A program made the translations under genes and the position numbers. Shown one piece after another: positions 41,726-52,150 of a DNA stretch of 64,000 bases. The stretch's first letter is position 1, and each line of letters begins with the position of its first letter. The notes below the pieces were generated by a model that made no database searches, was not told the DNA's origin, and worked only from the letters and a program-made list of their open reading frames with translations. This stretch comes from an uncultured delta proteobacterium (GTDB lineage Bacteria; Desulfobacterota; Syntrophorhabdia; Syntrophorhabdales; WCHB1-27): contig CAWEPK010000012.1 of assembly GCA_963810935.1 (NCBI GenBank), forward strand, positions 288,001 through 352,000. The letters are read 5' to 3'.

Positions 41726-42385
41726 ATGCTGATGCGTAAAATTGAGAAGCAGCCGCCTTTGCGGAAGATTGTTTATGAACAGTTGAAGACCAGCATTCTC
41801 GATGGCGCGATCCCTAAGGGAGCTAAGCTTTACGAGACAAAGATCTCGGAGGAAATGGGGATCAGCCGGACGCCTGTTAGAGAGGCGCTTCATGCGCTTG
41901 AGAGAGAGTACCTTATCAAGGGCATCGATAAAGTCGGATACAGGATAGTCGATATGGAATCGGACGACCTCGAAGAGATTTCGGAGATCAGGAAGTCGGT
42001 CGAGGCGCTGGCCGTGAAACGTGGAATAGAACGGATCGGGGTGAAGGAGATAAAAGAGCTCGATGACAACCTCGGTAAGTCGGCAAGCTTGATAGCCCAG
42101 GGCAAGCATGAGCGGTTTGTCCAATTAGACGCCGAGTTTCATCGTCTGCTTTGCTCCCTGAGTCAGAGCGAGAGGCTGATAAGAATGGCCGATGGTCTGC
42201 GCAAGGAGATGACTGGATTCAGAAACAGTCTGAAAAACAATCGGGCCTTGGCCGAGGTTTCCCTTGAATATCACCGGAAAATAGTCGCCTGCATCAAGAA
42301 GAAGGATGCCTCGGGCGCTAGTAGCGCCCTCAATGAGCATATAGACGATATCAGGAAAGAACGTGAAAAACTCATCCCGAAATAA
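41726..42385 (+). CDS. GntR (FCD) family regulator
   Basis: 'GISRTPVREALHALERE', 'DAEFH'. Confidence 0.9.
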   Translation: MLMRKIEKQPPLRKIVYEQLKTSILDGAIPKGAKLYETKISEEMGISRTPVREALHALEREYLIKGIDKVGYRIVDMESDDLEEISEIRKSVEALAVKRGIERIGVKEIKELDDNLGKSASLIAQGKHERFVQLDAEFHRLLCSLSQSERLIRMADGLRKEMTGFRNSLKNNRALAEVSLEYHRKIVACIKKKDASGASSALNEHIDDIRKEREKLIPK

Positions 42386-42502
42386 CATTTTTTTGCGCGG
42401 ACAGCTTGGGTACGGTGCCCAACCGCTATGCTATCCATACTTTCGGCCGGCATGCGGCGATCGGGGTTCCGTGCCTGATCATGCTGATTTGAGGGAGGAC
42501 CA

Positions 42503-43054
42503 ATGAAGGAAATTCGGTTTCATGGAAGGGGAGGACAGGGTGTCGTTATGGGGGCGGAGATGCTTGCCTATGCCTTTGTCCTCGAAGGCAAGTTTGCCTC
42601 GTCGTTCCCCACGTTCGGGGCTGAGAGGAGGGGTGCGCCCGTGGCGGCGTTCTTGAGGTTCGACGACAAGCCGGTCAGGGAGACGCACCAGATCTACGAG
42701 CCGGATTGCGTAATGTGCCTGGACCCCTTCATAGGGCGTCAGGAGACGATCTTCACCGGCCTTAAGGGAGACGGCATAACGATCATAAATACTCCTAAAG
42801 AAAGCCTCGCTGCCTGGCCGCGGGCATTGAAGAAACTCGGGCTGATCGACGCCACGGCGCTGGCACTGGAAGAGATCGGAAGGGCGATAGTCAACACCTG
42901 TATGCTGGGAGTGATCGCAAAGGTCACCGGCTGGGTCAGGCTGGAATCCGTGCTGGCAAGCCTCGACATGAATTTCGAGGGGAAGCTGCTCGATAAGAAT
43001 GCTGAGCTCGTGCGGCGCGGCTACGAGGGCGTCAGGATGCACGAGAAGGAGTGA
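42503..43054 (+). CDS. padE: 2-oxoacid oxidoreductase gamma subunit (PadE-like)
   Basis: 'RFHGRGGQG', 'FGAERRGAPV'; operon order gamma-delta-alpha-epsilon-beta. Confidence 0.8.
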   Translation: MKEIRFHGRGGQGVVMGAEMLAYAFVLEGKFASSFPTFGAERRGAPVAAFLRFDDKPVRETHQIYEPDCVMCLDPFIGRQETIFTGLKGDGITIINTPKESLAAWPRALKKLGLIDATALALEEIGRAIVNTCMLGVIAKVTGWVRLESVLASLDMNFEGKLLDKNAELVRRGYEGVRMHEKE

Positions 43055-43060
43055 TAGATA

Positions 43061-43327
43061 ATGAAATTCATCAGCGAATTTGAAGGACCGTGGTCAACGC
43101 CCAGGCTGCCGCTCGATGTGAAGACAGGCGAGTGGCGTTCGCAGCGGCCGGTTACGAAGAAAGAAAAATGCCGCCAGTGCGGCTGGTGCTTCATCTACTG
43201 TCCGGCAGGATGCGTGCAGGAAAAGGTGAACCATTTTTCCGCAGACCTCGACTACTGCAAGGGCTGCGGGGTCTGCGCCAGGGTCTGCCCGGCCAAGGCT
43301 ATCATGCTGGTAAGGGAGGATATCTGA
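43061..43327 (+). CDS. padF: 2-oxoacid oxidoreductase delta subunit, 2x[4Fe-4S] (PadF-like)
   Basis: 'TGEWRSQRP', 'CRQCGWCFIYCP', 'YCKGCGVCARVCP'. Confidence 0.8.
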   Translation: MKFISEFEGPWSTPRLPLDVKTGEWRSQRPVTKKEKCRQCGWCFIYCPAGCVQEKVNHFSADLDYCKGCGVCARVCPAKAIMLVREDI

Positions 43328-44532
43328 TGTCAAGTCTCGATTTGAGAGGTCAAACCAGGGTGCTCGACGGAAACAGGGCGGGCGCCTTCGGAATACTGCT
43401 TTCCAGGCCGGACGTGATCTCCTCCTACCCCATCACTCCCCAGACGCCTATGCTGGAAACGCTCTACAAGTTCGAAGCGGAGGGTCTGTTCGACCCGGAG
43501 ATGATCGAGCCGGAGGGAGAGAACTCGGCCATGGGAGTGCTGCTGGGCGCGTGCGCGGCAGGCGGCCGCACGTTCACGGCAACTTCTTCCCAGGGGCTTT
43601 CCTTCATGGGAGATGCCTACCTGCTTGCCTCGGGAAATCGGTTCCCAATCGTCATGGCCTTAGGCATGCGGGAACAGGTCAGCCCTCACGGCGTGTTTGC
43701 GGGGCAGCAGGACGCCATCCTCGTGAAGGACCACGGCTGGATACAGATCTTCACCGAGTCCTGCCAGGAGATACTCGACTCGCTCATCATGGCCTACAGG
43801 CTCGCCGAGGATTCGGACGTGCTCCTGCCCGTAAACGTCTGCTACGAAGGGTTCTACCTTTCCCATAATTCACAGAAAGTCGTCATACCCACGCAGGAGC
43901 AGGCTGACGAGTTCCTCGCACCGCTCACACAGATGAAGAGGCCGAAGTGGACGCTGGAAGACCCGATGGTCTTTTCGAGCTACACGGTGCCCGCCGAGCT
44001 TTTTACCGAATACCGGTACAAGATGTGCGCAGCGCACCAGCGTGCAAAGGGGAAGCTCGACGAGATCGATAAAGAGTTCGGGAAGCAGCTCGGCCGGAGC
44101 TACGGGGGCCAGATTGAAGAATACAGGACGGAAGACGCCGAGTTTGTCATAGTCACGATGGGCTGCTCCACGGGGACGGCAAAGGTGGTAGTCGACAGGA
44201 AGCGCGACGAAGGGATGAAGGTGGGCCTCGTGAAGATACGGATGTTCCGGCCGAGCCCCACAGAGCGCCTGATTAAGGCCCTGAACGGGAAGAAGGCCAT
44301 CGGCGTCGTGGACAGGAACGTCAACTACGCCTGGAACTGCGGACATAATTTCGTGGAATTGAAGACCCTCCTGAGCGACCTCGACACACCCGCGCCGAAG
44401 CTGCTCGATTTCATAGTTGGACTCGGCGGAGGCGATATCACGGACCATCACATAGAAAGGGTAATCGACGGCACCTGTGCGGCATCCAAAGGAAAAGAGC
44501 AGCCGGCCGTGACATGGCTGACTCTGGAATAG
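43327..44532 (+). CDS. padG: 2-oxoacid oxidoreductase alpha subunit (PadG-like)
   Basis: 'SYPITPQT', 'TATSSQGL'; the ATG overlaps the delta stop. Confidence 0.8.
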   Translation: MSSLDLRGQTRVLDGNRAGAFGILLSRPDVISSYPITPQTPMLETLYKFEAEGLFDPEMIEPEGENSAMGVLLGACAAGGRTFTATSSQGLSFMGDAYLLASGNRFPIVMALGMREQVSPHGVFAGQQDAILVKDHGWIQIFTESCQEILDSLIMAYRLAEDSDVLLPVNVCYEGFYLSHNSQKVVIPTQEQADEFLAPLTQMKRPKWTLEDPMVFSSYTVPAELFTEYRYKMCAAHQRAKGKLDEIDKEFGKQLGRSYGGQIEEYRTEDAEFVIVTMGCSTGTAKVVVDRKRDEGMKVGLVKIRMFRPSPTERLIKALNGKKAIGVVDRNVNYAWNCGHNFVELKTLLSDLDTPAPKLLDFIVGLGGGDITDHHIERVIDGTCAASKGKEQPAVTWLTLE

Positions 44533-44549
44533 GGTAACAGGAGGGGGAT

Positions 44550-45809
44550 TTGAATAAGAGAAAACAGATAATCATCGGGTCCGGCACAGCGGCGATATGC
44601 GCACTCAAGCAGATCAGGAAAGCGGGCTGCGACGACAGGGTCACCGTCCTGACGATGGAAAACTACCTACCCTATTCGCCCATGTCGCTCCCCTACGTTA
44701 TTTCCGGGCGGGCAACCCTGCCCGCAATTCAGATGGCGCCCGACAACTTCTTCGACCTTATGGACGCCGCTTTATTGAAGGAAGCAAAAGTTACGGGCAT
44801 CGACCCTTCCGGAAAAAAGGTCTTTCTCGGCGGCGGCAAAAGCATCGACTATGACCGGCTCCTGATTGCCGCCGGGTCCGACCCGATTGTCCCCGATGCA
44901 GTTAAAAAAGTCGGGGGCATGGGTTTCCATGTGATGGACGATTGCCTGGCCCTGCTGGCGCAATTGGATGGAAGGAAGAAGGTCGCCGTTCTCGGCGCGG
45001 GCCTCGTCGCCATGGAAACGGCGGCGGCCTTGAGGGAGAAGGACCATGAGGTCGTCGTAATTGCGCCGAGGGAGAGGATCTTGAGAAACTACTTCGACAT
45101 CGAGGCAAGCGGCCGCATAATCGGCCTCTTTGAAAGCCAGGGTGTTGCCGTTAACCTCAACTGCGGCGAGCTTGCGGACGCAGAACGCGCAGGCGGCAGC
45201 ATACGCATGCGCTTCGCCGGCGGCCGGACAGTCGAGGCCGATATCCTTCTCGCCTGCATGGGAGTGAAGGCACGGACGTCCTTTCTGGCCGGCAGCGGTA
45301 TAGCAATCGGCCAGGGCGTGAAAGTCGACAGGCAGATGAAGACGAACGTCCCCGATATCTTTGCGGCGGGGGACGTGGCCGAGGCAGCCGACTTTTTCTC
45401 CGGCCGCCAGGGCGTCAACCCCATATTGCCCAGTGCCGTGGGCCAGGGCAAAACAGCAGGCATCAACATGGCAGACGAAGAATCGGTGTACGAGGGATGG
45501 CTGCCGATGAATACGTTCAATTTTTTCGGCCATCTCGCTGTCTCCGTCGGGAAGGCAATGCCCGATGAAAGCGATGACGTGCTGGCGGCGAAGGACGGGA
45601 GCTACCGGAAGATCATTTCCAGGGAAGGAAAGCTGCTCGGCGCGGCGTTCCTAGACACGGATATCGACGCCGGAGTGATCCAATACCTGATCAGGCGGCG
45701 GATCGATTTGGGCAGGTATAAAGATGCGCTCCTCGAAGCGCCGCGCGAGGTCGCTTTCCATCTCATGCAGGAAGCGGAAAAGGCAGACACGGTCACGAAA
45801 GAAGAATAG
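44550..45809 (+). CDS. padH: NAD(P)/FAD-dependent oxidoreductase (PadH-like epsilon subunit)
   Basis: 'IIGSGTAA', 'YSPMSLPY', 'GAGLVAME', 'TNVPDIFAAGD'. Confidence 0.75.
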   Translation: MNKRKQIIIGSGTAAICALKQIRKAGCDDRVTVLTMENYLPYSPMSLPYVISGRATLPAIQMAPDNFFDLMDAALLKEAKVTGIDPSGKKVFLGGGKSIDYDRLLIAAGSDPIVPDAVKKVGGMGFHVMDDCLALLAQLDGRKKVAVLGAGLVAMETAAALREKDHEVVVIAPRERILRNYFDIEASGRIIGLFESQGVAVNLNCGELADAERAGGSIRMRFAGGRTVEADILLACMGVKARTSFLAGSGIAIGQGVKVDRQMKTNVPDIFAAGDVAEAADFFSGRQGVNPILPSAVGQGKTAGINMADEESVYEGWLPMNTFNFFGHLAVSVGKAMPDESDDVLAAKDGSYRKIISREGKLLGAAFLDTDIDAGVIQYLIRRRIDLGRYKDALLEAPREVAFHLMQEAEKADTVTKEE

Positions 45810-45815
45810 GACAGG

Positions 45816-47147
45816 GTGAGGATGGAGATGAAGACCTTTTACCAAACGTTAAAGATAGACGATGACATGTGTCCTCCAGGCTGCGACATATGCAGCGTGA
45901 AGTGCAGGGAAGTGAAGAGCGGCAAGGGTTACGGCGGGTCGGGCATCAGGACGGCCCACATCCCGGAGTTGAACGCGCACGCGGCCTACGCGTGCAACCA
46001 GTGCTCGGAGCCTGCCTGCCTGGACGGCTGTCCCACCGGAGCGATTACCAGGAGTCCGGGGGACGGAGTGGTCAGGATAGATGAGGGCAAATGCCTAGGA
46101 TGCGGACTCTGCGACCTCGCCTGCCCGTACGGCGGAATCGACTATCACGCAGGCTCTAAAAAATCGTCGAAATGCGATCTCTGCGACGGCGACCCCGAGT
46201 GCGCGAAAGTTTGCCCGGTCCAGGCTATTTCCTCGATGAAGGCACGGCCCATTGTGGAAAGCTTTCACGAGGACCCGCTTTTGTGCGGCTCTTCATTGTG
46301 CGTCGGCTGTCCTGCGGAAACTACGCTCAGGTTCGTCCTGCGGGTTATGGGCAAGGATACCTACCTGTTCGGAGCGCCCGGCTGCGGCACAAACATGTTC
46401 AACGGAATGGGCGTCAGGACGATGATCAACATCCCCGCCCACATGTCCAATATGACGAGCGTCCCCTCGACGATGACCGGCGTGAAAAGGTACTGGAAAA
46501 AGATGGGAAAAGACGTAAGGTGCGTCGCCTTCGTGGGCGACGGCTGCGCCACCGACGTAGGTTTTCAGCCGCTCTCCGGGGCCGCGGAGAGGAACGAGAA
46601 TATCATCTTCATGTGCTACGACAACGAAGGCTACATGAACACAGGCGTCCAGAGGAGCAGCACGACGCCCTTCGGCGGATGGACCACGACGACCCCTGCG
46701 ATGGGGCGGAGAAAGGGCAAGACAATGTCCTCCAAAAACGTGCCCCTGATCATGGCCGCCCACGACATTGCCTACGTGGCTACGGCAGCCGTCGCTTATC
46801 CCGAGGATTTCCTGATGAAGTTGCAGAAGGCCAAGGCAGTGCGCGACGGCATGGTCTACATACATATCCTTTGCCCCTGCATCCTCGGATGGGGATACGC
46901 CATCCCTGCCTCGTTAGACGTGATGCAGGCTGCCGTCGAGACGAACTATTTCCCGCTCTGGGAATTCGAAGGGGGGAAGTACCGGATAACGCGCCCGGTG
47001 GGCAATCCGAAGCCGATCACCGAGTATACGAAGCTTTTGAAGAAATTCGCGCACCTGGAGAAGGACGATTTGGCAGAGCTACAGGCTATCGTGGAGAAGC
47101 GGTTTCACCACATCGAAGCCCTGACAAGGATGGAGGAGACGGTGTAA
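45816..47147 (+). CDS. padI: Ferredoxin-fused 2-oxoacid oxidoreductase beta subunit (PadI-like)
   Basis: N-terminal multi-[4Fe-4S] Cys motifs, then 'CVGCP', 'GDGCATDVGFQ', 'YDNEGYMNTG'. Confidence 0.8.
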   Translation: MRMEMKTFYQTLKIDDDMCPPGCDICSVKCREVKSGKGYGGSGIRTAHIPELNAHAAYACNQCSEPACLDGCPTGAITRSPGDGVVRIDEGKCLGCGLCDLACPYGGIDYHAGSKKSSKCDLCDGDPECAKVCPVQAISSMKARPIVESFHEDPLLCGSSLCVGCPAETTLRFVLRVMGKDTYLFGAPGCGTNMFNGMGVRTMINIPAHMSNMTSVPSTMTGVKRYWKKMGKDVRCVAFVGDGCATDVGFQPLSGAAERNENIIFMCYDNEGYMNTGVQRSSTTPFGGWTTTTPAMGRRKGKTMSSKNVPLIMAAHDIAYVATAAVAYPEDFLMKLQKAKAVRDGMVYIHILCPCILGWGYAIPASLDVMQAAVETNYFPLWEFEGGKYRITRPVGNPKPITEYTKLLKKFAHLEKDDLAELQAIVEKRFHHIEALTRMEETV

Positions 47148-47179
47148 AGGGATACGCCCGCGGGGCGAGATTACTCTGC

Positions 47180-47530
47180 TCATTCCTCCCGGGCCTTCGG
47201 CCTGAGGTCGAGACCGACCAGGATTTTCTCCGTGTCGGCCAGATCGCCGATGAATTTTCTCAGGGGAGGCGGAAGCTCTTTAACCAGAGTGGGAGCGGCA
47301 ATGATCTGCTCCCCTTCTGCCAGAGTCGGCTGCTGGTAGATGTCGATGACCTCCAGTTTATAGCGGCCCTTGAGGTGCTCTTCGCATATCTTCTTGAGGT
47401 TGTCGATGGCGCGGGTAGATTTGGCCGAGGTGCCGGCAATATAAAGGCGGAGAAGATACTGCTTACTGCGTGAGTCTTTGATCGCTTTCTCGAAGATTTC
47501 AACGCTGTCTTTAGGTGCTTCTTTCACCAT
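47180..47530 (-). CDS. kaiB: KaiB family protein
   Basis: 'LRLYIAG...[22 protein letters not shown]'. Confidence 0.92.
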   Translation of the reverse strand: MVKEAPKDSVEIFEKAIKDSRSKQYLLRLYIAGTSAKSTRAIDNLKKICEEHLKGRYKLEVIDIYQQPTLAEGEQIIAAPTLVKELPPPLRKFIGDLADTEKILVGLDLRPKAREE

Positions 47531-47873
47531 TGCTCACTTCCAGCTTTAGGTTTCCGGGCTTAATATCAAGCCCGACGAGCACGCGCTCCGTGTTAGACAG
47601 GTCCCCTATGACTTTTCTTATTGGAGGTGGCAGCTTCCGGACCAGAGTTGGGACAGCGACGATCTGGTCGCCCTGGGCGAGTTGAGGGTTCTTCGATAAG
47701 TCGATGATTTCTATACGATAACGACCGGAAAGATGCTCCTCACAGAGGTTTGTGAGGTTTTGAAATGCCGCGATCGCCTTGGGGGTTTGTCCCGCCACGT
47801 ACAGCCGCAGCTCCCAAATCTCGCCGTCCGCCTCCAACGTTTTGCCCGCCTGCTCTCCTTTTTTTGCGGTCAT
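47511..47873 (-). CDS. kaiB: KaiB family protein
   Basis: '[10 protein letters not shown]...[23 protein letters not shown]'. Confidence 0.92.
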   Translation of the reverse strand: MTAKKGEQAGKTLEADGEIWELRLYVAGQTPKAIAAFQNLTNLCEEHLSGRYRIEIIDLSKNPQLAQGDQIVAVPTLVRKLPPPIRKVIGDLSNTERVLVGLDIKPGNLKLEVSNGERST

Positions 47874-49585
47874 AGGGACACCTTCGCGTCTGCCTTGCGA
47901 AGATGCGCCATCTGCTTGCGCTGCTCGTCTTCAGCCTTCTTTCGCTTCTCTCCCTGCCGGGCGATCTTCTTCATTTCCGCCTTGTCGGCGTCGATGCCCG
48001 CCCGTATGGCGGCGATCTGCGCCTCCGCGAGGGTCCGCCTGTGCTCAAGCTCCCGCCGTTTCCGGTCGAGGTCATCCTTCATCTCCGCATCGGCCATGCG
48101 TTCTTTCGCCTCCTGCGCAGCGCGCGCCGAGCCAGTCAGGACCCCGTATGGCCCGAGGTAGACATCCTGGAGCTCGATACCGTGGTCCGTGAGAAGGAAC
48201 TCGCGTATCTGGTTCGAGTGGGCCATGCCGCGCGACTTGGGGATCATCAGGCCGCGGTTCCTCTCGCCGTTGCTTTCCAGGTCGCGGAGGACCATCCAGG
48301 TGTCCATCAGCGAGGATATGCCTGCTTCCGTCTTTTCGAGACTCCTGCCGCCTTGTGTGAGGCTGGTGAACAGGGCCGTGACACGCTCCGTCTTGAGATA
48401 GTCGATGAGGCGCGTGAGCATCGATTTCACCTCTTGCTCGCCGCCCGCAGTTATCAGATTGGTAATGGGATCGATCACGGCCACGCTCGGCTTGAAGGTA
48501 TCGACAGCCTTATGCATGGTCGCAAGATGCGTTTCGAGACCGAAGACCGTCGGGCGTGACGCCTTGAACAGTAACAAGCCCTTGTCTATGAACGGCTGGA
48601 GGTCGATGCCTATAGATTTCATGTTGCGCACGATCTGGCTCTCCGACTCCTCGAAGGCGAAGTATAGGACCCTCTCCTTCCGCTGGCAGGCAGACCTTGC
48701 AAAGACAGCGGCTACGCTCGACTTTCCGGTGCCTGCCGTCCCTGACAGGAGAATGGTGCTTCCCCGGAAATAGCCTTTGCCCGAAAGCATGGCGTCGAGG
48801 CGGGGAATGCCCGTCGGGATGCGCTCCTTCGAGGCAGCGTGCCTGAGGCCGAGAGAGGTGACGGGCAGGACGCTTATGCCGTTGGCGCCGATGAGGAAGG
48901 GGTATTCGTTCGTGCCGTGAGAGGAGCCGCGGTACTTGACGACTCGCAAGCGCCTGGTCGAGAGCTGCTCGGTCACGCGGTGGTCGAGGACGATCACGCA
49001 GTCTGCGACGTACTCTTCAAGCCCATGGCGGGTCAGCGTACCTGCCCCTCTCTCGCCGGTAATGACCGCCGTCACCCCCTTCTCTTTCAGCCACCGGAAA
49101 AGGCGCCTTAGCTCTGCCCTGAGTATGGCCTCATTGGGGAGGCTTGCGAAAAGCACCTCTATCGTGTCGAGGACTACACGCTTCGCCTTTATCGAATCGA
49201 TGGCCGAGCCGAGTCTAATGAAGAGGCCGGACAGGTCGTACTCCCCCGTCTCCTCGATCTCGCTTCGCTCGATATAGACATAGTCGAGCGCGATTTTCTT
49301 CTCGTGGGCGAGCTTTTTCAGATCGAAGCCTAAAGACTTGACGTTGCTGGTCATCTCCTCCGAGGTTTCCTCGAATGCCATGAACACGCCCGGCTCGTTG
49401 TACTCCAGTGCGCCGTGGACGAGAAACTCCATGGCGAGTAAGGTCTTGCCGGAACCAGCAGCGCCGGCTATCAGCGTTGGCCTGCCCTTCGGCAAACCGC
49501 CATTCGTGACCTCGTCGAGCCCTTTGATTCCTGTCGGCGCTTTCTCAAGAACGCCTTCAGGTTGACCTTTGCGAGATTTATTCAT
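47870..49585 (-). CDS. kaiC: Circadian clock protein KaiC (double domain, C-terminal coiled-coil tail)
   Basis: Walker A motifs GAAGSGKT and [11 protein letters not shown] motifs, 'KYRGS', 'KSRG', phosphosite region 'ISSLMDTW'. Confidence 0.95.
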   Translation of the reverse strand: MNKSRKGQPEGVLEKAPTGIKGLDEVTNGGLPKGRPTLIAGAAGSGKTLLAMEFLVHGALEYNEPGVFMAFEETSEEMTSNVKSLGFDLKKLAHEKKIALDYVYIERSEIEETGEYDLSGLFIRLGSAIDSIKAKRVVLDTIEVLFASLPNEAILRAELRRLFRWLKEKGVTAVITGERGAGTLTRHGLEEYVADCVIVLDHRVTEQLSTRRLRVVKYRGSSHGTNEYPFLIGANGISVLPVTSLGLRHAASKERIPTGIPRLDAMLSGKGYFRGSTILLSGTAGTGKSSVAAVFARSACQRKERVLYFAFEESESQIVRNMKSIGIDLQPFIDKGLLLFKASRPTVFGLETHLATMHKAVDTFKPSVAVIDPITNLITAGGEQEVKSMLTRLIDYLKTERVTALFTSLTQGGRSLEKTEAGISSLMDTWMVLRDLESNGERNRGLMIPKSRGMAHSNQIREFLLTDHGIELQDVYLGPYGVLTGSARAAQEAKERMADAEMKDDLDRKRRELEHRRTLAEAQIAAIRAGIDADKAEMKKIARQGEKRKKAEDEQRKQMAHLRKADAKVSL

Positions 49586-49712
49586 TTTACCCCCCCACCC
49601 CCGAATTTACGGCAGGGGCGATAGGCCGGTTATTTTAAAAGCGTTATAGGAGTGCAAAATCGGTGGAGCTATTAAGTCAATACTGCACGGAACAGGCGAA
49701 GTCAAGGTGTAT

Positions 49713-52016
49713 CTATGCCGCACCCGTATTATTCCGGCCGCTCTTTTCTGCGTCCAGCACACGGCGAACGGTTTTCGCCATTTCCCGCCTTGTAATGGGC
49801 TTCATGACGAATGCGCGGATGCCCGCTGCTTTTGCGTCTGCGGGCAACACCGTTTCGCTGTAGCCGGTGAAGAGGATAATCGGAAGCTCTTTTCTTGCCT
49901 CCAGCATCCTTTCGGCAAGGTCGATACCCGTAATGCCGGGCATGGTCTGGTCGGTAATTACGAGGTCGAAGCCGGAGGGCTGGGCGAGGAATATCTCCAG
50001 CGCCTCGGACCCGCTCGCAGCCTTGGTTACTTCATAGCCCAGGTTCACGAGCATCTGAGAGGTCATTTCTACGATGGACTCCTCATCATCGACCAGGAGT
50101 ATCCGCTCCCTGCCGTGCGGCATGCGGCCTTTCACACTTGTCTTCTCTTCTTCAGCCTGCTCCTCCGCATGGGGAAAAAAGACGCTGAAGACGGACCCTT
50201 TGTCCGGCTCGCTCTCGACGGTGATTGCACCCCCGCTGTTTTTTACGATGCCGTAAACTACGGCAAGACCCATACCGGTCCCCTGACCCGCAGGCTTCGT
50301 GGTAAAGAAAGGCTCGAATATTCTTCCTTTGACATTCTCGCTCATACCTTCTCCCGTATCGCTCACCGTCAGCTTCACGTAGACCCCGGGAGGCGTTTCA
50401 GGGTCAGGCAACGGCCCGCCCTGCCTCAAAACGACGTGCGAAAGGTTGATTACCAGAACGCCCTTGTCGCCCATCGCGTGGGCCGCATTTGTGGCAAGGT
50501 TCATAAGGATCTGCTGGATTTGCGTCGGGTCGGCCGTTACCGTGTCCGATTCGGTCTCTATGTTGAGCTTGATCGTTATGGTAGAAGGCAATGACCCGCG
50601 CAGGAGATTATGCGTCTCCTTGATCAAAGGCGCCAGTCTCAAGGGGTTATTTCCGGCATCGGTTTTTCTGCTGAAGGTGAGGATCTGCTTGACGAGTTCT
50701 GCTGCGCGCCTGGACGCCTTGACTACCTGTTCGATACTCCGCTTTGCCCCCTGGTTGCCGTCGAGGTCATCGAGAACGAGCTCGGCGTTACCCATGATGA
50801 CGGCAAGCATGTTGTTGAAGTCGTGGGCAATCCCACCGGCGAGCGTGCCGATGGCTTCCATTTTTTGGGACTGCCTGAGCTGCTCTTCAAGACGCGCCTT
50901 ATCTTCCGTTGCCCGCCTCTCGGCGGTAATGTCCTGCACGACCGTAATGACCCCCTCCACCCGTTTCTCGCTGTCGAATATGGGGTTCGCTGAAATCCGC
51001 CGGTAGAAGACCTCGCCGGTCTTTCTGTTGCGGACGGCCATTTCCAGCCCGCGAAACGGTTTCCCCTGAAATACCTGCAAAAACGGCTTCATTTCAAGGG
51101 GTGCTCCGCCCGGGACGGACATGTCTACTTGTGGGAGGAACGCGGACCACGGGGACTTAAGGAGGGCATCGGGGTCTATCCCCACTTCCGCAGCCTGTAA
51201 CCTTGCGACGGAGTTGGCAAGCGCAATACGGCCATCAGCGTGAGCAAGCCATACTCCCTCATTCATGCTGTCGATAAGCGTCATGAGACGGTCGCGCTCG
51301 CGCTTGGCCAGCATTGCCTCCATCCGCGAGGACTCCTCCGCTGATTTCAGATCGGAGATGTCGGTGATAACGATGCACGTCCTATCTATGCCGTAGGCCG
51401 CCTGGCTGTTTCCCGCCAGTCTGACAAAGAGCTTGTCCTCGCGGCGCCTTATGGCGATCTCCTGGGTGGTATTCTCCACCTCGCCGGCTTTCCGCACAAA
51501 ATCGTGGAACAAAGGCAGGTCTTCAGGGACGACCAGGTCTGTGAAGGAAGAGCCGAGCAGGTTCTGAAGGGGAATGCCGGTCATCTTTGAGAACGCGCCG
51601 TTGGAATAAAAAATGATGCCCTGTTCATTGATGGTGACGGCGCCGGCGTTCATCGTCTCGACGATGTTGCGGTACGGGTGGTCCGGACCTTCGAGGGTAT
51701 ATATGCTGCTCCCCTCCCCACCCGATGCGACGACTACCGCGTCAACGTCGCCCCTGCGGATCGCCTCTATGGTCTCTTCCGCCTCCTCAAGGCGTTTTTG
51801 CAGGTCTTCCATGCGGGCGGCATGCTCCGCGACCTCCCTCTCCAGCTCGCGGCAATGCGCCTCGAGCCCGACGTGGTGGACAAAAAGCTTGCGATGAAGT
51901 TCTTCCACGTCCTGCCTGTGAGAGATGCGGGAGACCCTTCCCCCGTCCTCTGCAGGCAGTTTTTCGGCTGCTTTCCTAAGCTCGCTGAATTTGTCGCCGG
52001 GTCCCTGCTTGGCCAT
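49713..52016 (-). CDS. Hybrid PAS-PAS histidine kinase with REC domain, kai-associated type
   Basis: 'EAEETIEAIRRGDVDAVVV...YTLEGPDHPYR', 'GGIAHDFNN', 'GTGMGL', 'ITDQTMP'; gagagg RBS before the ATG at 52016. Confidence 0.9.
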   Translation of the reverse strand: MAKQGPGDKFSELRKAAEKLPAEDGGRVSRISHRQDVEELHRKLFVHHVGLEAHCRELEREVAEHAARMEDLQKRLEEAEETIEAIRRGDVDAVVVASGGEGSSIYTLEGPDHPYRNIVETMNAGAVTINEQGIIFYSNGAFSKMTGIPLQNLLGSSFTDLVVPEDLPLFHDFVRKAGEVENTTQEIAIRRREDKLFVRLAGNSQAAYGIDRTCIVITDISDLKSAEESSRMEAMLAKRERDRLMTLIDSMNEGVWLAHADGRIALANSVARLQAAEVGIDPDALLKSPWSAFLPQVDMSVPGGAPLEMKPFLQVFQGKPFRGLEMAVRNRKTGEVFYRRISANPIFDSEKRVEGVITVVQDITAERRATEDKARLEEQLRQSQKMEAIGTLAGGIAHDFNNMLAVIMGNAELVLDDLDGNQGAKRSIEQVVKASRRAAELVKQILTFSRKTDAGNNPLRLAPLIKETHNLLRGSLPSTITIKLNIETESDTVTADPTQIQQILMNLATNAAHAMGDKGVLVINLSHVVLRQGGPLPDPETPPGVYVKLTVSDTGEGMSENVKGRIFEPFFTTKPAGQGTGMGLAVVYGIVKNSGGAITVESEPDKGSVFSVFFPHAEEQAEEEKTSVKGRMPHGRERILLVDDEESIVEMTSQMLVNLGYEVTKAASGSEALEIFLAQPSGFDLVITDQTMPGITGIDLAERMLEARKELPIILFTGYSETVLPADAKAAGIRAFVMKPITRREMAKTVRRVLDAEKSGRNNTGAA

Positions 52017-52150
52017 GCGTCCTCTCTTACCGATCGGCTTTGACCGATACTGATGCATGAATGAGTGTATACATACCATTATAACAGACCGCTTTTTCGG
52101 CTTAAAGGGGGTAAACGATGTGTTTCGGGCTTGCCGGGTACAGTAAGGAA

